Part shown: piece by piece, positions 49,577-59,574 of the stretch
Numbering within the stretch: position 1 is the stretch's first letter
Layout: each line of letters begins with the position of its first letter
Origin: an uncultured Pseudomonadota bacterium
GTDB lineage: Bacteria; Pseudomonadota; Alphaproteobacteria; UBA9219
Reading direction: 5' to 3'
Length of the DNA stretch: 64,000 nucleotides
NCBI GenBank assembly: GCA_903919315.1
Contig: CAIXHP010000026.1
Span: 10,428 to 74,427, forward strand
The notes under the pieces: generated by a model
What the model saw: the letters and a program-made list of their open reading frames with translations, nothing else
Databases searched by the model: none
What the model was told of the DNA's origin: nothing
Position numbers and translations under genes: made by a program

Positions 49577-50323
49577 TTAAGGCAACCTGACCGAGGACGG
49601 AGAGAGCAAATGCGCCCCTCCGTCCACCGAAATGATGGCTCCGGTCATACCGACATTTTCCATGACAAAACGGACGGTTGACGCAACTACCTGAGGAGTC
49701 GTCTCAACCTTTAGTGGCGTGGCCGCGACCAGCGAGTCGAAGTGCGTCTGCGACTGGCGCGGGTGGATGAGGGTAGGGCCGGGGGCCACGGCGTTGACGC
49801 GCAGGCGGGGCGCATAGCGCAGCGCCATGGCGAGGGTTGCTTCTCGAAGAAGTTTTTTGCTTGCGGCATAGGCTCCGAACGTCTCTGGCGCGCTGGTGCC
49901 GTCCAAAAGATTGACGACAGCGCCAACGGTATCTTTCGGCAGTTGTTGAAACAAATCTTCGGTCAAGCGAATGGGCGCGAGGGCGTTGATTTGCCGATGG
50001 CGCAAATGGTCGGGGTCATGCGTATCGCGCTCGAACAAACACGCGTTGTTCACGAGCGCGGCGAGGGGGCCGCAGGTCTCGACGACGGAGGGGATCAACT
50101 TTGCCACCGCCTCCGGGTCGGCCAAATCGCACGACACCACCTGCGCCATGCGGCCGGTGGCGCGTATCTCTCGCGCTAGAGTCTCAGCCTCCACCCCCGA
50201 AGCATGGGCGTGGATCACGACATCCCAACCCGCCGCCGCCATGTCTAAGGCGATCACACGCCCCAGACGTTTGGCTCCGCCGGTGATGAGAACGCTCGCG
50301 CGGCGGGCGGTCATAGGGGCCAA
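49577..50323 (-). CDS. Short-chain dehydrogenase/reductase (SDR) family oxidoreductase (pteridine-reductase-like)
   Basis: VLITGGAKRLG Rossmann motif, NNA, YxxxK (YAASK). Confidence 0.8.
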   Translation of the reverse strand: MAPMTARRASVLITGGAKRLGRVIALDMAAAGWDVVIHAHASGVEAETLAREIRATGRMAQVVSCDLADPEAVAKLIPSVVETCGPLAALVNNACLFERDTHDPDHLRHRQINALAPIRLTEDLFQQLPKDTVGAVVNLLDGTSAPETFGAYAASKKLLREATLAMALRYAPRLRVNAVAPGPTLIHPRQSQTHFDSLVAATPLKVETTPQVVASTVRFVMENVGMTGAIISVDGGAHLLSPSSVRLP

Positions 50324-50333
50324 GCCTCCCGGC

Positions 50334-51104
50334 TCATGGTTTCCCGTCCCCGGCCTTGTCGGAACGCTTGGGGCCGGTGATGAGCGCCGAGAGAACGCCG
50401 TGCCATGTGCGAATTTCCTGCTCGGTCATCTCGGCGCGTTGCAGCATATTCTGCAAACTGCGGGTCATGGTGGGACGCATGGCTTCGGCCACAAAGAACC
50501 CCGCCGACTCCAACTCGCTTTCAAGACGACGATAAAAATTCAGATACTCGTCGCGCGTGGCCGGAGCGCTGTGGCCACGATGGGTCTGGTCGGAGGGTGT
50601 CTGATCCTGCGCCTGATACCACTCATACCCGATCAGCAAAACGCATTGCGCCAGATTGAGCGACATGAAGTCCGGGTTCAGCGGAATGGTGATCTTGGCG
50701 TTGGCGAGGACGATATAGTCATTGATCAGCCCGGTGCGCTCCGGCCCGAACATAACGCCGACACGCTGGCCCTCCGCCGTTCGCGTCACCATGTCGGGGA
50801 TCGCGGCGCGAGGGGTCATAATCCGGTTCACCATATCGTGCGAACGCGACGTGGTAGCGTAGACATAGTTCAGATCGGCCACGGCCTCCTCGACGGTGTC
50901 ATACAGCTTGGCCTCGTTCAAGATATAGTCCGCGCCCGACGAAGCCGCCGCCATACGCTGCCGATGCACCTCGCCCAAAGGCCACGGATCGCGCGGCTTA
51001 ACAATACGCAGCTCCCTCAACGCGCAATTCGCCATAGCGCGCGCCGTCATGCCGATGTTTTCGACAAGCTGGGGGTGGACAAGGATGATGGCAGGTTGGG
51101 TCAT
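50334..51104 (-). CDS. SpoU/TrmH-family RNA 2'-O-methyltransferase (TrmJ-like)
   Basis: LVHPQLVENIGMTARAMANCAL SPOUT N-terminal motif, about 250 aa with a C-terminal extension. Confidence 0.75.
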   Translation of the reverse strand: MTQPAIILVHPQLVENIGMTARAMANCALRELRIVKPRDPWPLGEVHRQRMAAASSGADYILNEAKLYDTVEEAVADLNYVYATTSRSHDMVNRIMTPRAAIPDMVTRTAEGQRVGVMFGPERTGLINDYIVLANAKITIPLNPDFMSLNLAQCVLLIGYEWYQAQDQTPSDQTHRGHSAPATRDEYLNFYRRLESELESAGFFVAEAMRPTMTRSLQNMLQRAEMTEQEIRTWHGVLSALITGPKRSDKAGDGKP

Positions 51105-51144
51105 AGGATCAATCGGTTCGAGAAGCAAAACACGACCTTAGCAC

Positions 51145-51178
51145 ATAAAAAAACGCCCGCGCGAGGCGGGCGTTTTTG
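51145..51178 (-). terminator. Rho-independent terminator (ACGCCCGC gcgag GCGGGCGT flanked by A- and T-tracts), downstream of the 51190-51858 gene
   Basis: Perfect 8-bp GC stem plus U-tract on the minus strand, 12 nt after the stop. Confidence 0.7.
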
Positions 51179-51189
51179 CAGGAACACGT

Positions 51190-51858
51190 TTACTTAGGTG
51201 TGGCGACTCTGGCAAGCAACCCGGCCAAATACTCTCTACGAAACGGTATTAGCGTCTTCGCAGCAGCCACATTATTGGCTCTAGCTTCCTCTGAGGTATC
51301 AAAGCCTTTTTTAGCGGAAATATCTGCCACGGTTTTGTTACAGATGTCTTGAGCCGCTGTTGCATAAAAAACAGCATTGCCAAGATCCATGGGCAGATCA
51401 CCCTTATACGGCTGACAGCCCGTTGTGTCATAACTGTCCTTTTTAGCAGGAGGACTACACGTTAAGGCAACCGCGTCACGCTCTGGCGGAAACAACATGA
51501 CGAGGGTGTTCTTATCGTTTGTTGCGTCAACCGTTACGGCTACCAAAGTGCCGTCAATCTTTGACAGGCTAAGAGGACGGTCGAGCGCTTTGCCATATCC
51601 GGAAATGACATAAGAATAACCGTCAAGGCCAACATCGCGCCCTGCCGTACCCGTATCACTGGAATCGAGTTTGATGCCGCAATTGTGTTCAAAGGTACTT
51701 TTCTTGATGTATCCTGTGACTTTCAGAAAACTAGGATATTGATCCACCGACGCAACCTGAGCCCCCAGCTCCTGCTGTTCGCCCGCCTGCGCGCCCCCCC
51801 CTGCCACCAACGCAGCCGCAAAGGCAAAAGAAGACCACTTACCTGCACGATTGATCAT
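51190..51858 (-). CDS. Secreted hypothetical protein (222 aa, signal peptide, 4 Cys)
   Basis: N-terminal AFAAALVAGGGAQAGE signal-like region. Lower-GC gene body. Own terminator. Confidence 0.5.
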   Translation of the reverse strand: MINRAGKWSSFAFAAALVAGGGAQAGEQQELGAQVASVDQYPSFLKVTGYIKKSTFEHNCGIKLDSSDTGTAGRDVGLDGYSYVISGYGKALDRPLSLSKIDGTLVAVTVDATNDKNTLVMLFPPERDAVALTCSPPAKKDSYDTTGCQPYKGDLPMDLGNAVFYATAAQDICNKTVADISAKKGFDTSEEARANNVAAAKTLIPFRREYLAGLLARVATPK

Positions 51859-52016
51859 TTTCAGAACTCCTATCGGTTAAAACAAAACCATCCGAGGCCG
51901 CAACGCATCTTAATGAAAAACGCACACGACTTCAAAGACAAGAGTATCGTTTCAGACCGGGAAAAGCCTCATTAACCATAGAATCCTCTGCGACTTCGCC
52001 CCCTGTGCGTCAAAGG

Positions 52017-53600
52017 CTATCCGCCCCCCATCGCCAGCTTAAAGACATAAGCATCCGTTAACGCTTGCAGCGAGGCGCTGATGATGTTGGTGGAGACGCC
52101 GACCGTCATCCAACGGGTCTTTGTGAGGCCGTCTTCGGATTCCAACAGCACGCGTGTCTTCGCGCCTGTCGCCGCGCCGCTGTCGAGGATGCGGACGTGA
52201 TAGTCCGTCAGAGATACACTGGCCAACTCCGGATAGGCCTGCACCAAAGCTTCGCGCAAGGCGCAATCCAGCGCATGAACCGGGCCGTTACCCTCTGCCT
52301 CGGTCACCACAGTATCGTTCCCAACCTGCAGCTTCATCGTGGCCCGCGTCGTCATATGGAGTTCGCCGGTCGGTGAGTATTGGCCATGGTCATGGACGGT
52401 GAAATCCTGAAGCGTGAAATGCAACGGCAGTCGTTTCAGAACTTGCAGCGCCAGCACGGCAAAACTCCCCGCCGCGCGGTCATACGCATAGCCTTCATGC
52501 TCGCGCTGCTTGACGGCGGTGAGCAGGGCGGGAAGGTTGGCGTTGTCGTTCCCGACCTCAATGCCGAGATCTTCCAGTTGCAGCAGCACATTCGACTGTC
52601 CCGCCTGATTCGACATGATGATCTCGCGCCGATTGCCGACCGAGGCCGGATCGATGTGTTCGTAAAAGCTGGGATTCTTGGCGACGGCTGAGGCATGCAG
52701 CCCGCCCTTGTGCGCAAAGGCCGACGCGCCGACATACGGCGCATGCGAGTCAGGTTCGCGATCCAGCAAGGCATCAAAGGCGCGGCTGAGATTGCTCAAT
52801 TGCCGCAAAGCGTCTTCCGGCACGCCCACGTCATGCCCCAGCTTATGCACCAGAGTGGGGATCAACGTGACGAGATCGGCGTTGCCGCAACGTTCGCCCA
52901 ACCCGTTCAACGTCCCCTGAACCATCCTGCATCCGGCGCGTACTGCCGCGAGGCTGTTGGCGACCGCGTTCCCCGTGTCGTCGTGGCAGTGAATGGCGAG
53001 CTGCTCGCCGGGGACGACCAAAGCCGCCTGTTGGACAATCGCCTCGACCTCATGCGGCAAAGCGCCGCCGTTGGTGTCGCACAACACGATCCACCGCGCC
53101 CCCGCTTCGTGCGCGGCCTTGAGGCATTCGAGCGCATAGGCCGGGTTGGCCTTAAAGCCGTCAAAGAAATGTTCGGCATCAAACAGCGCCTCTTTCCCCC
53201 GGATCAACACTTGCGCAAGGCTGGAGCGGATGACATCGAGGTTCTCGTCCAGCGTGATGTTGAGCGCGTTGGTGACGTGATAGTCCCATGTTTTGCCGAC
53301 CAGACAAACGGCGCGGGCTGGACTGTTCAACACCGCCTGCAATCCCGGATCATTCTCGGCGCTGCGGCTGGCCCGGCGCGTCATGCCAAAGGCAGTCAGT
53401 TGCGCATGCTCAAGGACGGGCGGGGCGGCGAAGAAGGCTTCGTCGGTCGGATTGGCTCCCGGCCAACCGCCTTCGACATAGGCCATCCCGAACTGATCCA
53501 ACCAGTTGGCGATGGTGATCTTATCGCGTACGGAAAAATCCACGCCGCGAGTCTGCGCGCCGTCACGAAGCGTGGTGTCATAAAGATAGATACGGGACAT
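52017..53600 (-). CDS. cimA: Citramalate synthase / 2-isopropylmalate-synthase-family enzyme (LeuA-like, long form)
   Basis: YDTTLRDGAQ start, HxH metal motif region (HCHDDTGNAVANSLAAV), 527 aa with a LeuA-dimer-like C-terminal domain. Confidence 0.8.
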   Translation of the reverse strand: MSRIYLYDTTLRDGAQTRGVDFSVRDKITIANWLDQFGMAYVEGGWPGANPTDEAFFAAPPVLEHAQLTAFGMTRRASRSAENDPGLQAVLNSPARAVCLVGKTWDYHVTNALNITLDENLDVIRSSLAQVLIRGKEALFDAEHFFDGFKANPAYALECLKAAHEAGARWIVLCDTNGGALPHEVEAIVQQAALVVPGEQLAIHCHDDTGNAVANSLAAVRAGCRMVQGTLNGLGERCGNADLVTLIPTLVHKLGHDVGVPEDALRQLSNLSRAFDALLDREPDSHAPYVGASAFAHKGGLHASAVAKNPSFYEHIDPASVGNRREIIMSNQAGQSNVLLQLEDLGIEVGNDNANLPALLTAVKQREHEGYAYDRAAGSFAVLALQVLKRLPLHFTLQDFTVHDHGQYSPTGELHMTTRATMKLQVGNDTVVTEAEGNGPVHALDCALREALVQAYPELASVSLTDYHVRILDSGAATGAKTRVLLESEDGLTKTRWMTVGVSTNIISASLQALTDAYVFKLAMGGG

Positions 53601-53826
53601 GAGCGTGTTACCTTTTAATCGATAGGTTCAAAAAAATTCAGCCATGTGGGGGAAAAGTGCGTCCGTTCCTGCCTAGGCAGGAATAATAAGAATCCCAATA
53701 ATCGCAGCCCAAACACGACCCGCCGAGAAATCGGCTGTGGCTGTCGTGTTCAAGGGAAGGGCTTTGCTCATGAAGTCAATCTATCACGCCGAAACGCGAT
53801 GTAAAGCCCACCGCCAATAAAAAAAA

Positions 53827-53968
53827 CGTCATTCCGGCCCTGAGCCGGAATCCATCGGCGAGCGATAGCGAGCGCGTGAGTCTGCAACGCCTAGAATTCC
53901 CATGCGGTTTTGACTCTCATGCCGCGCGGACGCGCGGCGGCGGATTCCGGCTCAGGGCCGGAATGACG
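53827..53968. repeat. Paired-hairpin palindromic element (MITE/REP-like): two identical 27-nt hairpin arms in inverted orientation (CGTCATTCCGGCCCTGAGCCGGAATCC) flank about 88 bp that contain a further GC hairpin
   Basis: Exact 27/27 inverted repeat read from the sequence. The internal GAGCGATAGCGAGCG block is shared with the element at 56641-56741. Confidence 0.7.
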
Positions 53969-54009
53969 CAGGCGTTGACATGGCGGTTAACCATACCAGC
54001 CCCTGAATC

Positions 54010-55536
54010 TCAATACTTCGCGCCCAATTGGCTGACCAGCGTTTCCAGAGCCGTTACGATCCCCTGCCGATAGACCTGCACACCGTCGCCCCCGCTGGCG
54101 GCGGAGGATGTGCTGGTCGACGTTACGGTCTTGCCGCCGAGAAGCTTCTCCAGATCGGGACGGAAGCGCCACGTTGTGCCCTGCGCCGCATCCTCCAGCT
54201 CAATCCCCTGCGCTTTGAGATCGTTGCGGATCAGGTCGGCATCGGCGAAATTCTTGGCCTTACGCGCCTTGTGCCGCAGTTCGATGGACGTGGCAATCAG
54301 CCCCTCCGCAGCGGTTCCGCGTAGCAAGCCTTTCATCCATGCGTCGCGGTCTTGCTGCAACAGCCCCAGCGCTGCTCCGGCGGCTATCAGTTGCCCCTTG
54401 AGCGTCGCTTGCTCAGCGGGAGTCGCGGCGCGGCTCAAGGCGTTCGCCAGTTCGTGCATATGCTCGATCGCCATCGGCGTGTTGAGATCGTCAAGCAATG
54501 CGGCATCAAGAGCGGGCGAGGGAGTCTCGCTGTCGGCAGGCTCGACCTCCGCCGCAAACAAAGCCCCATACCACTTGTCCAAAACGGCCCGTGCGTCAGA
54601 GAGCGCCTTCAGCGTGAAGTCCAACGGCTGGCGATACTGCGAGGCCAACAGGGCCAGACGCAGAGCCTCGCCCGGAGCGCCCACCAACAGTTCGCGCACG
54701 GTAAAGAAGTTGCCCAGCGACTTTGACATCTTCTCGCCGTTCACCATCAAAAAGCCGTTGTGCATCCAATATTGCGCCAACGGCGCGCCGTCATGGGCGC
54801 AGGTGCTTTGCGCGATTTCGTTCTCGTGGTGCGGAAAAATCAGATCCAACCCACCGCCGTGAATGTCGAAGGTGACTCCGAGATGCTGCCGCGCCATCGC
54901 CGAGCATTCGATATGCCAACCGGGCCGCCCGCGACCCCATGGGCTTTCCCACCCTTGTTCGTCCGCTGCGCTGGGCTTCCACAGCACGAAATCCGCCGAG
55001 TCTTTCTTGTAGGGCGCGACTTCGACCCGCGCTCCGGCGATCAACTCGTCCCGCGTCCTCCGCGACAAAGCGCCATAGTTCGGCATCGAGGTGACATCGA
55101 ACAGCACATGGCCTTCCGCCACATAGGCATGCCCTTTGTCCAACAGCTCCTGCGTCAACGCGATCATCGGCGCAATGTACGCCGTGGCACGAGGCTCAAT
55201 ATCGGGGGGCAGGGCATTCAACGCCGCCATATCGTCATGAAAAGCCTTCGTGGTTCCGGTGGTGATGACATCAATGGCCACGCCGCTTTCTTTAGCCCGC
55301 GCCATAATCTTGTCGTCCACATCGGTGATGTTCCGCACATAGGTCACGCGCGGGTAGAGCCGCTTCAACAACCGGTAAAGCAAATCAAAGACCACCACAG
55401 GCCGCGCGTTGCCGAGATGCGCGAAATCGTAAACCGTAGGGCCGCACACATACATACGAACATTCGAAGGATCGAGCGGCTTGAACTTTTCCTTCGTGCG
55501 CGAAAGAGTATTGTGAATATGAAGCGTGTCGGCCAT
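54010..55536 (-). CDS. cysS: Cysteine--tRNA ligase
   Basis: YVCGPTVYDFAHLGNARP (HIGH), KMSKS, 508 aa. Confidence 0.95.
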   Translation of the reverse strand: MADTLHIHNTLSRTKEKFKPLDPSNVRMYVCGPTVYDFAHLGNARPVVVFDLLYRLLKRLYPRVTYVRNITDVDDKIMARAKESGVAIDVITTGTTKAFHDDMAALNALPPDIEPRATAYIAPMIALTQELLDKGHAYVAEGHVLFDVTSMPNYGALSRRTRDELIAGARVEVAPYKKDSADFVLWKPSAADEQGWESPWGRGRPGWHIECSAMARQHLGVTFDIHGGGLDLIFPHHENEIAQSTCAHDGAPLAQYWMHNGFLMVNGEKMSKSLGNFFTVRELLVGAPGEALRLALLASQYRQPLDFTLKALSDARAVLDKWYGALFAAEVEPADSETPSPALDAALLDDLNTPMAIEHMHELANALSRAATPAEQATLKGQLIAAGAALGLLQQDRDAWMKGLLRGTAAEGLIATSIELRHKARKAKNFADADLIRNDLKAQGIELEDAAQGTTWRFRPDLEKLLGGKTVTSTSTSSAASGGDGVQVYRQGIVTALETLVSQLGAKY

Positions 55537-55736
55537 CGGTCAATCAACCTCAAATGTGCGGCAAGCCCCAGTCCCCCTATGGGAAAAAGGCCGTCTTATA
55601 AAGACACTTTGCCATGCTTTTCTTCGCCTGAAAATCCCTGAGATGGCCGTATTTGCGCGATCATGGGCTTCTTGTGGGAATTGCGTTTATTGCCTACACT
55701 GTCCGGTGAACAATTCCTTTGGAAAATGGTGGCGCT

Positions 55737-56618
55737 ATGAACACTTTGACGCGGTGCGGTCTGGTTGTTGCGGGCATGGCGGTGTTGTACGTCGTCGCGG
55801 GCCAGTTTATGGGGTCGATCAACGACGACCTCGACTTTACGGCGGAACCGCCGCAGGGCGGCAGTTACGCGGTCGCGATGGCGGCCTCCCTTATGGAGCG
55901 TGAACTGGACTCCGGCTGGCACCCCAGCGATGTCGTCAACCCGGCCCGCATGCGCGTTGATGTCCCGGCTTTCCAGTTGGGCATCAAACGTGTGCTGGAA
56001 CGCTTCACGATGGGCGCGGTTGACCATCTGGCCCGCAGCGGCGGCGCAAGTTCAATGGATCAGGACTTGCTGGCGGCACGGAGCCACATCCAGTTTACCC
56101 CACGCTCCTTTTCGATGTTCCCCTCCAACAGCAGCGTGAGCAACTACAGGCTCGCCGTTGAAGACCTGCGCAAATACAACGACCGGCTCGCCCAAGGGCA
56201 GGCCACCTTCGACCAACGCATCGACAATCTGGCGCATGTTTTGAGCGGCACGGTCAGCGATCTCGGCGATCAAACCTCGGAACTGGATCAAAAGGCGCAA
56301 AACGGAGCGCTCATCAGCTTTGACGTGCGCCGCTCGTATTACTACACCGAAGGCATGCTGTACGGCGGCTGCATGATTTTGAAGGCGTTGGGCAAGGACT
56401 TTAAGTCCGTGCTGGCGGCGCAATCGGCGACCAATATGTACGATCAAGCTGTCGCCACAACGTGCGGCGCGGCAACCGGAGCGCCCCTTTTGGTCATCAA
56501 CGGTGGCCGCCACGGGCTCCTGCCCAGTCATCCCTACACGCTGGCCGGTGAAGTCGCCCTCGTCCGCGCCCGCTGGCAAAGCGTCCTCGACGCCGAACTG
56601 GGTAGCCAAAAACCTTGA
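55737..56618 (+). CDS. Membrane-anchored hypothetical protein (DUF2333-like)
   Basis: N-terminal TM helix (LVVAGMAVLYVVAG), about 290 aa, no catalytic motif. Family assignment from memory, uncertain. Confidence 0.5.
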   Translation: MNTLTRCGLVVAGMAVLYVVAGQFMGSINDDLDFTAEPPQGGSYAVAMAASLMERELDSGWHPSDVVNPARMRVDVPAFQLGIKRVLERFTMGAVDHLARSGGASSMDQDLLAARSHIQFTPRSFSMFPSNSSVSNYRLAVEDLRKYNDRLAQGQATFDQRIDNLAHVLSGTVSDLGDQTSELDQKAQNGALISFDVRRSYYYTEGMLYGGCMILKALGKDFKSVLAAQSATNMYDQAVATTCGAATGAPLLVINGGRHGLLPSHPYTLAGEVALVRARWQSVLDAELGSQKP

Positions 56619-56640
56619 TGCGAAGCGGTTGTTTTTTTGT

Positions 56641-56741
56641 GTCATCCTCGCGAAAGCGGATCCAGAGTGAGCGATAGCGAACGTATGACTCTTAAGGCTC
56701 GCGGACGCTCGCCGCTGGATTCCCGCTTTCGCGGGAATGAC
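56641..56741. repeat. Second member of the paired-hairpin repeat family (left arm degenerate; right arm perfect ATTCCCGC tttc GCGGGAAT hairpin)
   Basis: Arms GTCATCCTCGCGAAAGCGGATCCAG / CTGGATTCCCGCTTTCGCGGGAATGAC. Shared internal GAGCGATAGCGA block. Sits between convergent gene ends. Confidence 0.6.
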
Positions 56742-56788
56742 ACAGGCTTGAATGTTTTGGTGTAGTCGCAAGGAGCTTGAGGCGAACC

Positions 56789-57640
56789 CTACCTAAAAGC
56801 GGGCGCAACCCGCCGATACGAACCCGGCTGCTTCTCATGCGCCGCAATTGCCCGTTCGATAAACCCATTGTTGTGCAAATTTCGGATATCGTTGTTCAGC
56901 ATATCCGCCAACCGGTTCTCTCCTTGTTTTATCATAAAGGCATTGGTTAGGACGCGAACAGGTTGATCGGGTGTCACATTCTGCATCGCGCGAGGATTGT
57001 GACGTTCAAACTCAAAAGCCTGCGCCGCCTCGGTAAAGGTCACGTCAGCCTTGCCGACTTTGACGTTCAGCAGCAACTGCGAAAAGTCGGTAAGGTCCGG
57101 CACGGAAAAGGTCTTTGCCAAGGGATAATCTTCGCTGGCGATCCGCGCCGCAAGACCACCATCAAGCGTCGCAATGGTAATCGAAGGCGAATTGATCGCC
57201 GCAAGATTGCCATTAAAACGATTGTCGCCCGTGCGCGCATAAACATTCATCGCTGTATAATACACAGGTGTCGTAAACAGGGCCACGGTGCCACGCAACG
57301 AATCCGTCCAAACGCTCGTACACATCAGGTCGTAACGTCCTGTGTTTAAACCTTCAATCATCGAAGCCGGGCCGACCTCCTCCTTCCACTCGACATTCAG
57401 CCCCAAATCTTTGGCCAAACGCGTGATAATATCATAGGAAATGCCGGAAAAAGCCCCCGTGTTGACATCTTTGATCAAGCTGGGCGGATAAACGATATAC
57501 CCGCAACGAAGCGTCTTCGTTTCCATAATCCTGTCGAAAACAGAGGTGGAAACATCTGGTGTTTTTTTTGCCGACCCTGATACCGGATCACATCCGGATA
57601 AAACAATCACGGCCAGAGCGAGCAGGGCGGTCAAACGCAT
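56789..57640 (-). CDS. Periplasmic solute-binding protein, family 3 (paralog 2). Lipoprotein-type signal (LSGC).
   Basis: LRCGYIVYPPS..D.NTGAFSGISYDI..LGLNVEWKEE..GRYDLMCTSVW..PVYYTAMNVYAR. Paralogous to 8716-9594. Confidence 0.75.
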   Translation of the reverse strand: MRLTALLALAVIVLSGCDPVSGSAKKTPDVSTSVFDRIMETKTLRCGYIVYPPSLIKDVNTGAFSGISYDIITRLAKDLGLNVEWKEEVGPASMIEGLNTGRYDLMCTSVWTDSLRGTVALFTTPVYYTAMNVYARTGDNRFNGNLAAINSPSITIATLDGGLAARIASEDYPLAKTFSVPDLTDFSQLLLNVKVGKADVTFTEAAQAFEFERHNPRAMQNVTPDQPVRVLTNAFMIKQGENRLADMLNNDIRNLHNNGFIERAIAAHEKQPGSYRRVAPAFR

Positions 57641-57663
57641 GATTGTCTCCCTTTGGAAGAAGA

Positions 57664-58524
57664 TTATTCGCGGAAACTCGGCGCAGGAACAAAATAGCCT
57701 GTATCGTACTTCTTGCGAATTTTCTCCATAACGCCATTGTCGATAAGAACCTGCAAACCCGCGTTCATCATGGCCATAAATTGCGGGTCGCTTGGCGGAA
57801 GCGCTAAAATGTGCGGCAGTATTCGCAGAGGCCGCACGCCAGAAACGGCCCTTAGCTTGCCGGGATTAGCCGCCATGAACGGCTTAATCTCATCCGGATC
57901 CATGGTGGCAACATCAGCTTTTTTTGTAATCACGGTCATGAGGTATTCCGCGCTTTGCACCAGTTGCGGCAAAGCGGTAATTTTTGACGAAGGAAACTGT
58001 TCGGCAACCAACGGGCTTAAAGGAGCCCCATCAATGACAACGAACGTCACATCCGGTTGGTTAAGGCGTTCGGGATTGCCATCAAAGCGGTTGTCATCGG
58101 CTCGCACATAAAGTTGAGGTGCGCTGTAAAAAATCGGGCGGCTGAGCAACAAGTTTTTCAACTTGGGCGCATCGATCCAAGCAGACGTGCACACAGCGTC
58201 ATAGCGATTGGTCTTGAATCCCTCGCCGATATTCCCCCAGCCAATTTCCTCAACCCAATCAATCTTGAGATCAAGAACTTTTCCGAGTTCCATCATGATG
58301 TCGTAGTTCAAGCCCGTAGGCTGGGTGTTCCCGTCCTTCAACTCAGTGTAATAATAAGGTTTCCAATTGACATAACCGCAACGCAGAACGCCGCTCCGAA
58401 CGACATTGTCGCGCACGGAAAGGCGCTCGACGGAGGGCGCATCAGTCTTCCCAAATCGGGCAAAAATCAATCCGACCAGAACGCCCGCGATGAGGCAGGT
58501 CAGCACCAAAGGAAGTTTTTTCAT
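57664..58524 (-). CDS. Periplasmic solute-binding protein, family 3 (paralog 3). ORF extends to 58563; MKKLPLVL start preferred.
   Basis: LRCGYVNWKPY..GLNYDI..LDLKIDWVEE..NRYDAVCTSAW..PIFYSAPQLYVRADDNRF. Tandem with paralog 2. Confidence 0.75.
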   Translation of the reverse strand: MKKLPLVLTCLIAGVLVGLIFARFGKTDAPSVERLSVRDNVVRSGVLRCGYVNWKPYYYTELKDGNTQPTGLNYDIMMELGKVLDLKIDWVEEIGWGNIGEGFKTNRYDAVCTSAWIDAPKLKNLLLSRPIFYSAPQLYVRADDNRFDGNPERLNQPDVTFVVIDGAPLSPLVAEQFPSSKITALPQLVQSAEYLMTVITKKADVATMDPDEIKPFMAANPGKLRAVSGVRPLRILPHILALPPSDPQFMAMMNAGLQVLIDNGVMEKIRKKYDTGYFVPAPSFRE

Positions 58525-58671
58525 GGAGGTCTCCACAAAGCCGAAACGCTTTTCCGGAGCCATCGTACTAGCGTGGGCATGGTACCCACAAGCGGTTATT
58601 CCCGCGCTCCGCCCAAGAAAAAAGGCGGAGGGTTTCCCCTCCGCCTTTGTTCCTGCAACGCCTGACGGCGC

Positions 58672-59286
58672 TTAGCGCGAATAGTATTCGATGACGAGGT
58701 TCGGTTCCATCTGGACAGGGTAGGGAACGTCGCCCATCGCCGGAGCGCGGACGAAGGTGCCCTTCATTTCCTTGTGGTCGACCTGCACATAGTCCGGCAC
58801 GTCGCGCTCGGCCAATTCGATGGCGGCGAGAACGGGGACGAACTGCTTGGCCTTGCCGCGCACTTCAATGACGTCGCCGTCCTTGACCTGATACGAAGCG
58901 ATGTTGACCTTTTTGTTGTTGACCAGAATGTGGCCGTGGCTGACCAACTGCCGCGCGGCAAAAACCGTCGCGACGAATTTCATGCGATAGACCACCGCGT
59001 CGAGGCGGCGTTCCAAAAGTTGGATCAGGTTCTCGCCGCTGTCGCCCTTGCGACGGAAGGCTTCTTCGTAATAGCGCAGGAACTGGCGTTCGCCGACGTT
59101 GCCGTAGTAGCAGCGCAGGCGTTGCTTCGCGAGCAACTGCACGCCAAAGTCCGAAGGCTTGTGGCGGCGCTGGCCATGCTGGCCGGGGCGGTAATCGCGC
59201 TTGTTGAGGGGGCTCTTGGGGCGGCCCCAGAGGTTCACGCCCAAACGGCGGTCGATTTTATGCTTGGATTGCAAACGTTTCGTCAT
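58672..59286 (-). CDS. rpsD: 30S ribosomal protein S4
   Basis: KRLG..LWGR..S4 domain, 204 aa. Confidence 0.95.
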   Translation of the reverse strand: MTKRLQSKHKIDRRLGVNLWGRPKSPLNKRDYRPGQHGQRRHKPSDFGVQLLAKQRLRCYYGNVGERQFLRYYEEAFRRKGDSGENLIQLLERRLDAVVYRMKFVATVFAARQLVSHGHILVNNKKVNIASYQVKDGDVIEVRGKAKQFVPVLAAIELAERDVPDYVQVDHKEMKGTFVRAPAMGDVPYPVQMEPNLVIEYYSR

Positions 59287-59574
59287 AGCTCAGTGTCCTT
59301 CTTTTTCTATGACCGCCTTTAAGGCAGCCTTTGTTGTCCCGATAGTTCATCCTCGACGCCTTCGCGACAGGTGACGGGTACAGCCCCTTTCGGGCCGACC
59401 GCTTTCTCAGGAATAACGGGCTTATAGCGACTGCAAGCGGCTGCTGTCAAACAATGGATCGGCGTTTGTCCGCCCTATCCGTCACGTTTGTGAAGGCGGG
59501 TGTCTTGCCGCCCCACCTATCATATTGATTGTGCTATATCTTTCTTGTTCTGGGGTAACAAAAAGAAACCAAAC

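Noticed and set aside
49323-49580. 85-aa ORF in the ssb-SDR spacer
   Set aside because: AT-rich, no RBS, low-complexity translation, overlaps the SDR stop. More likely non-coding.
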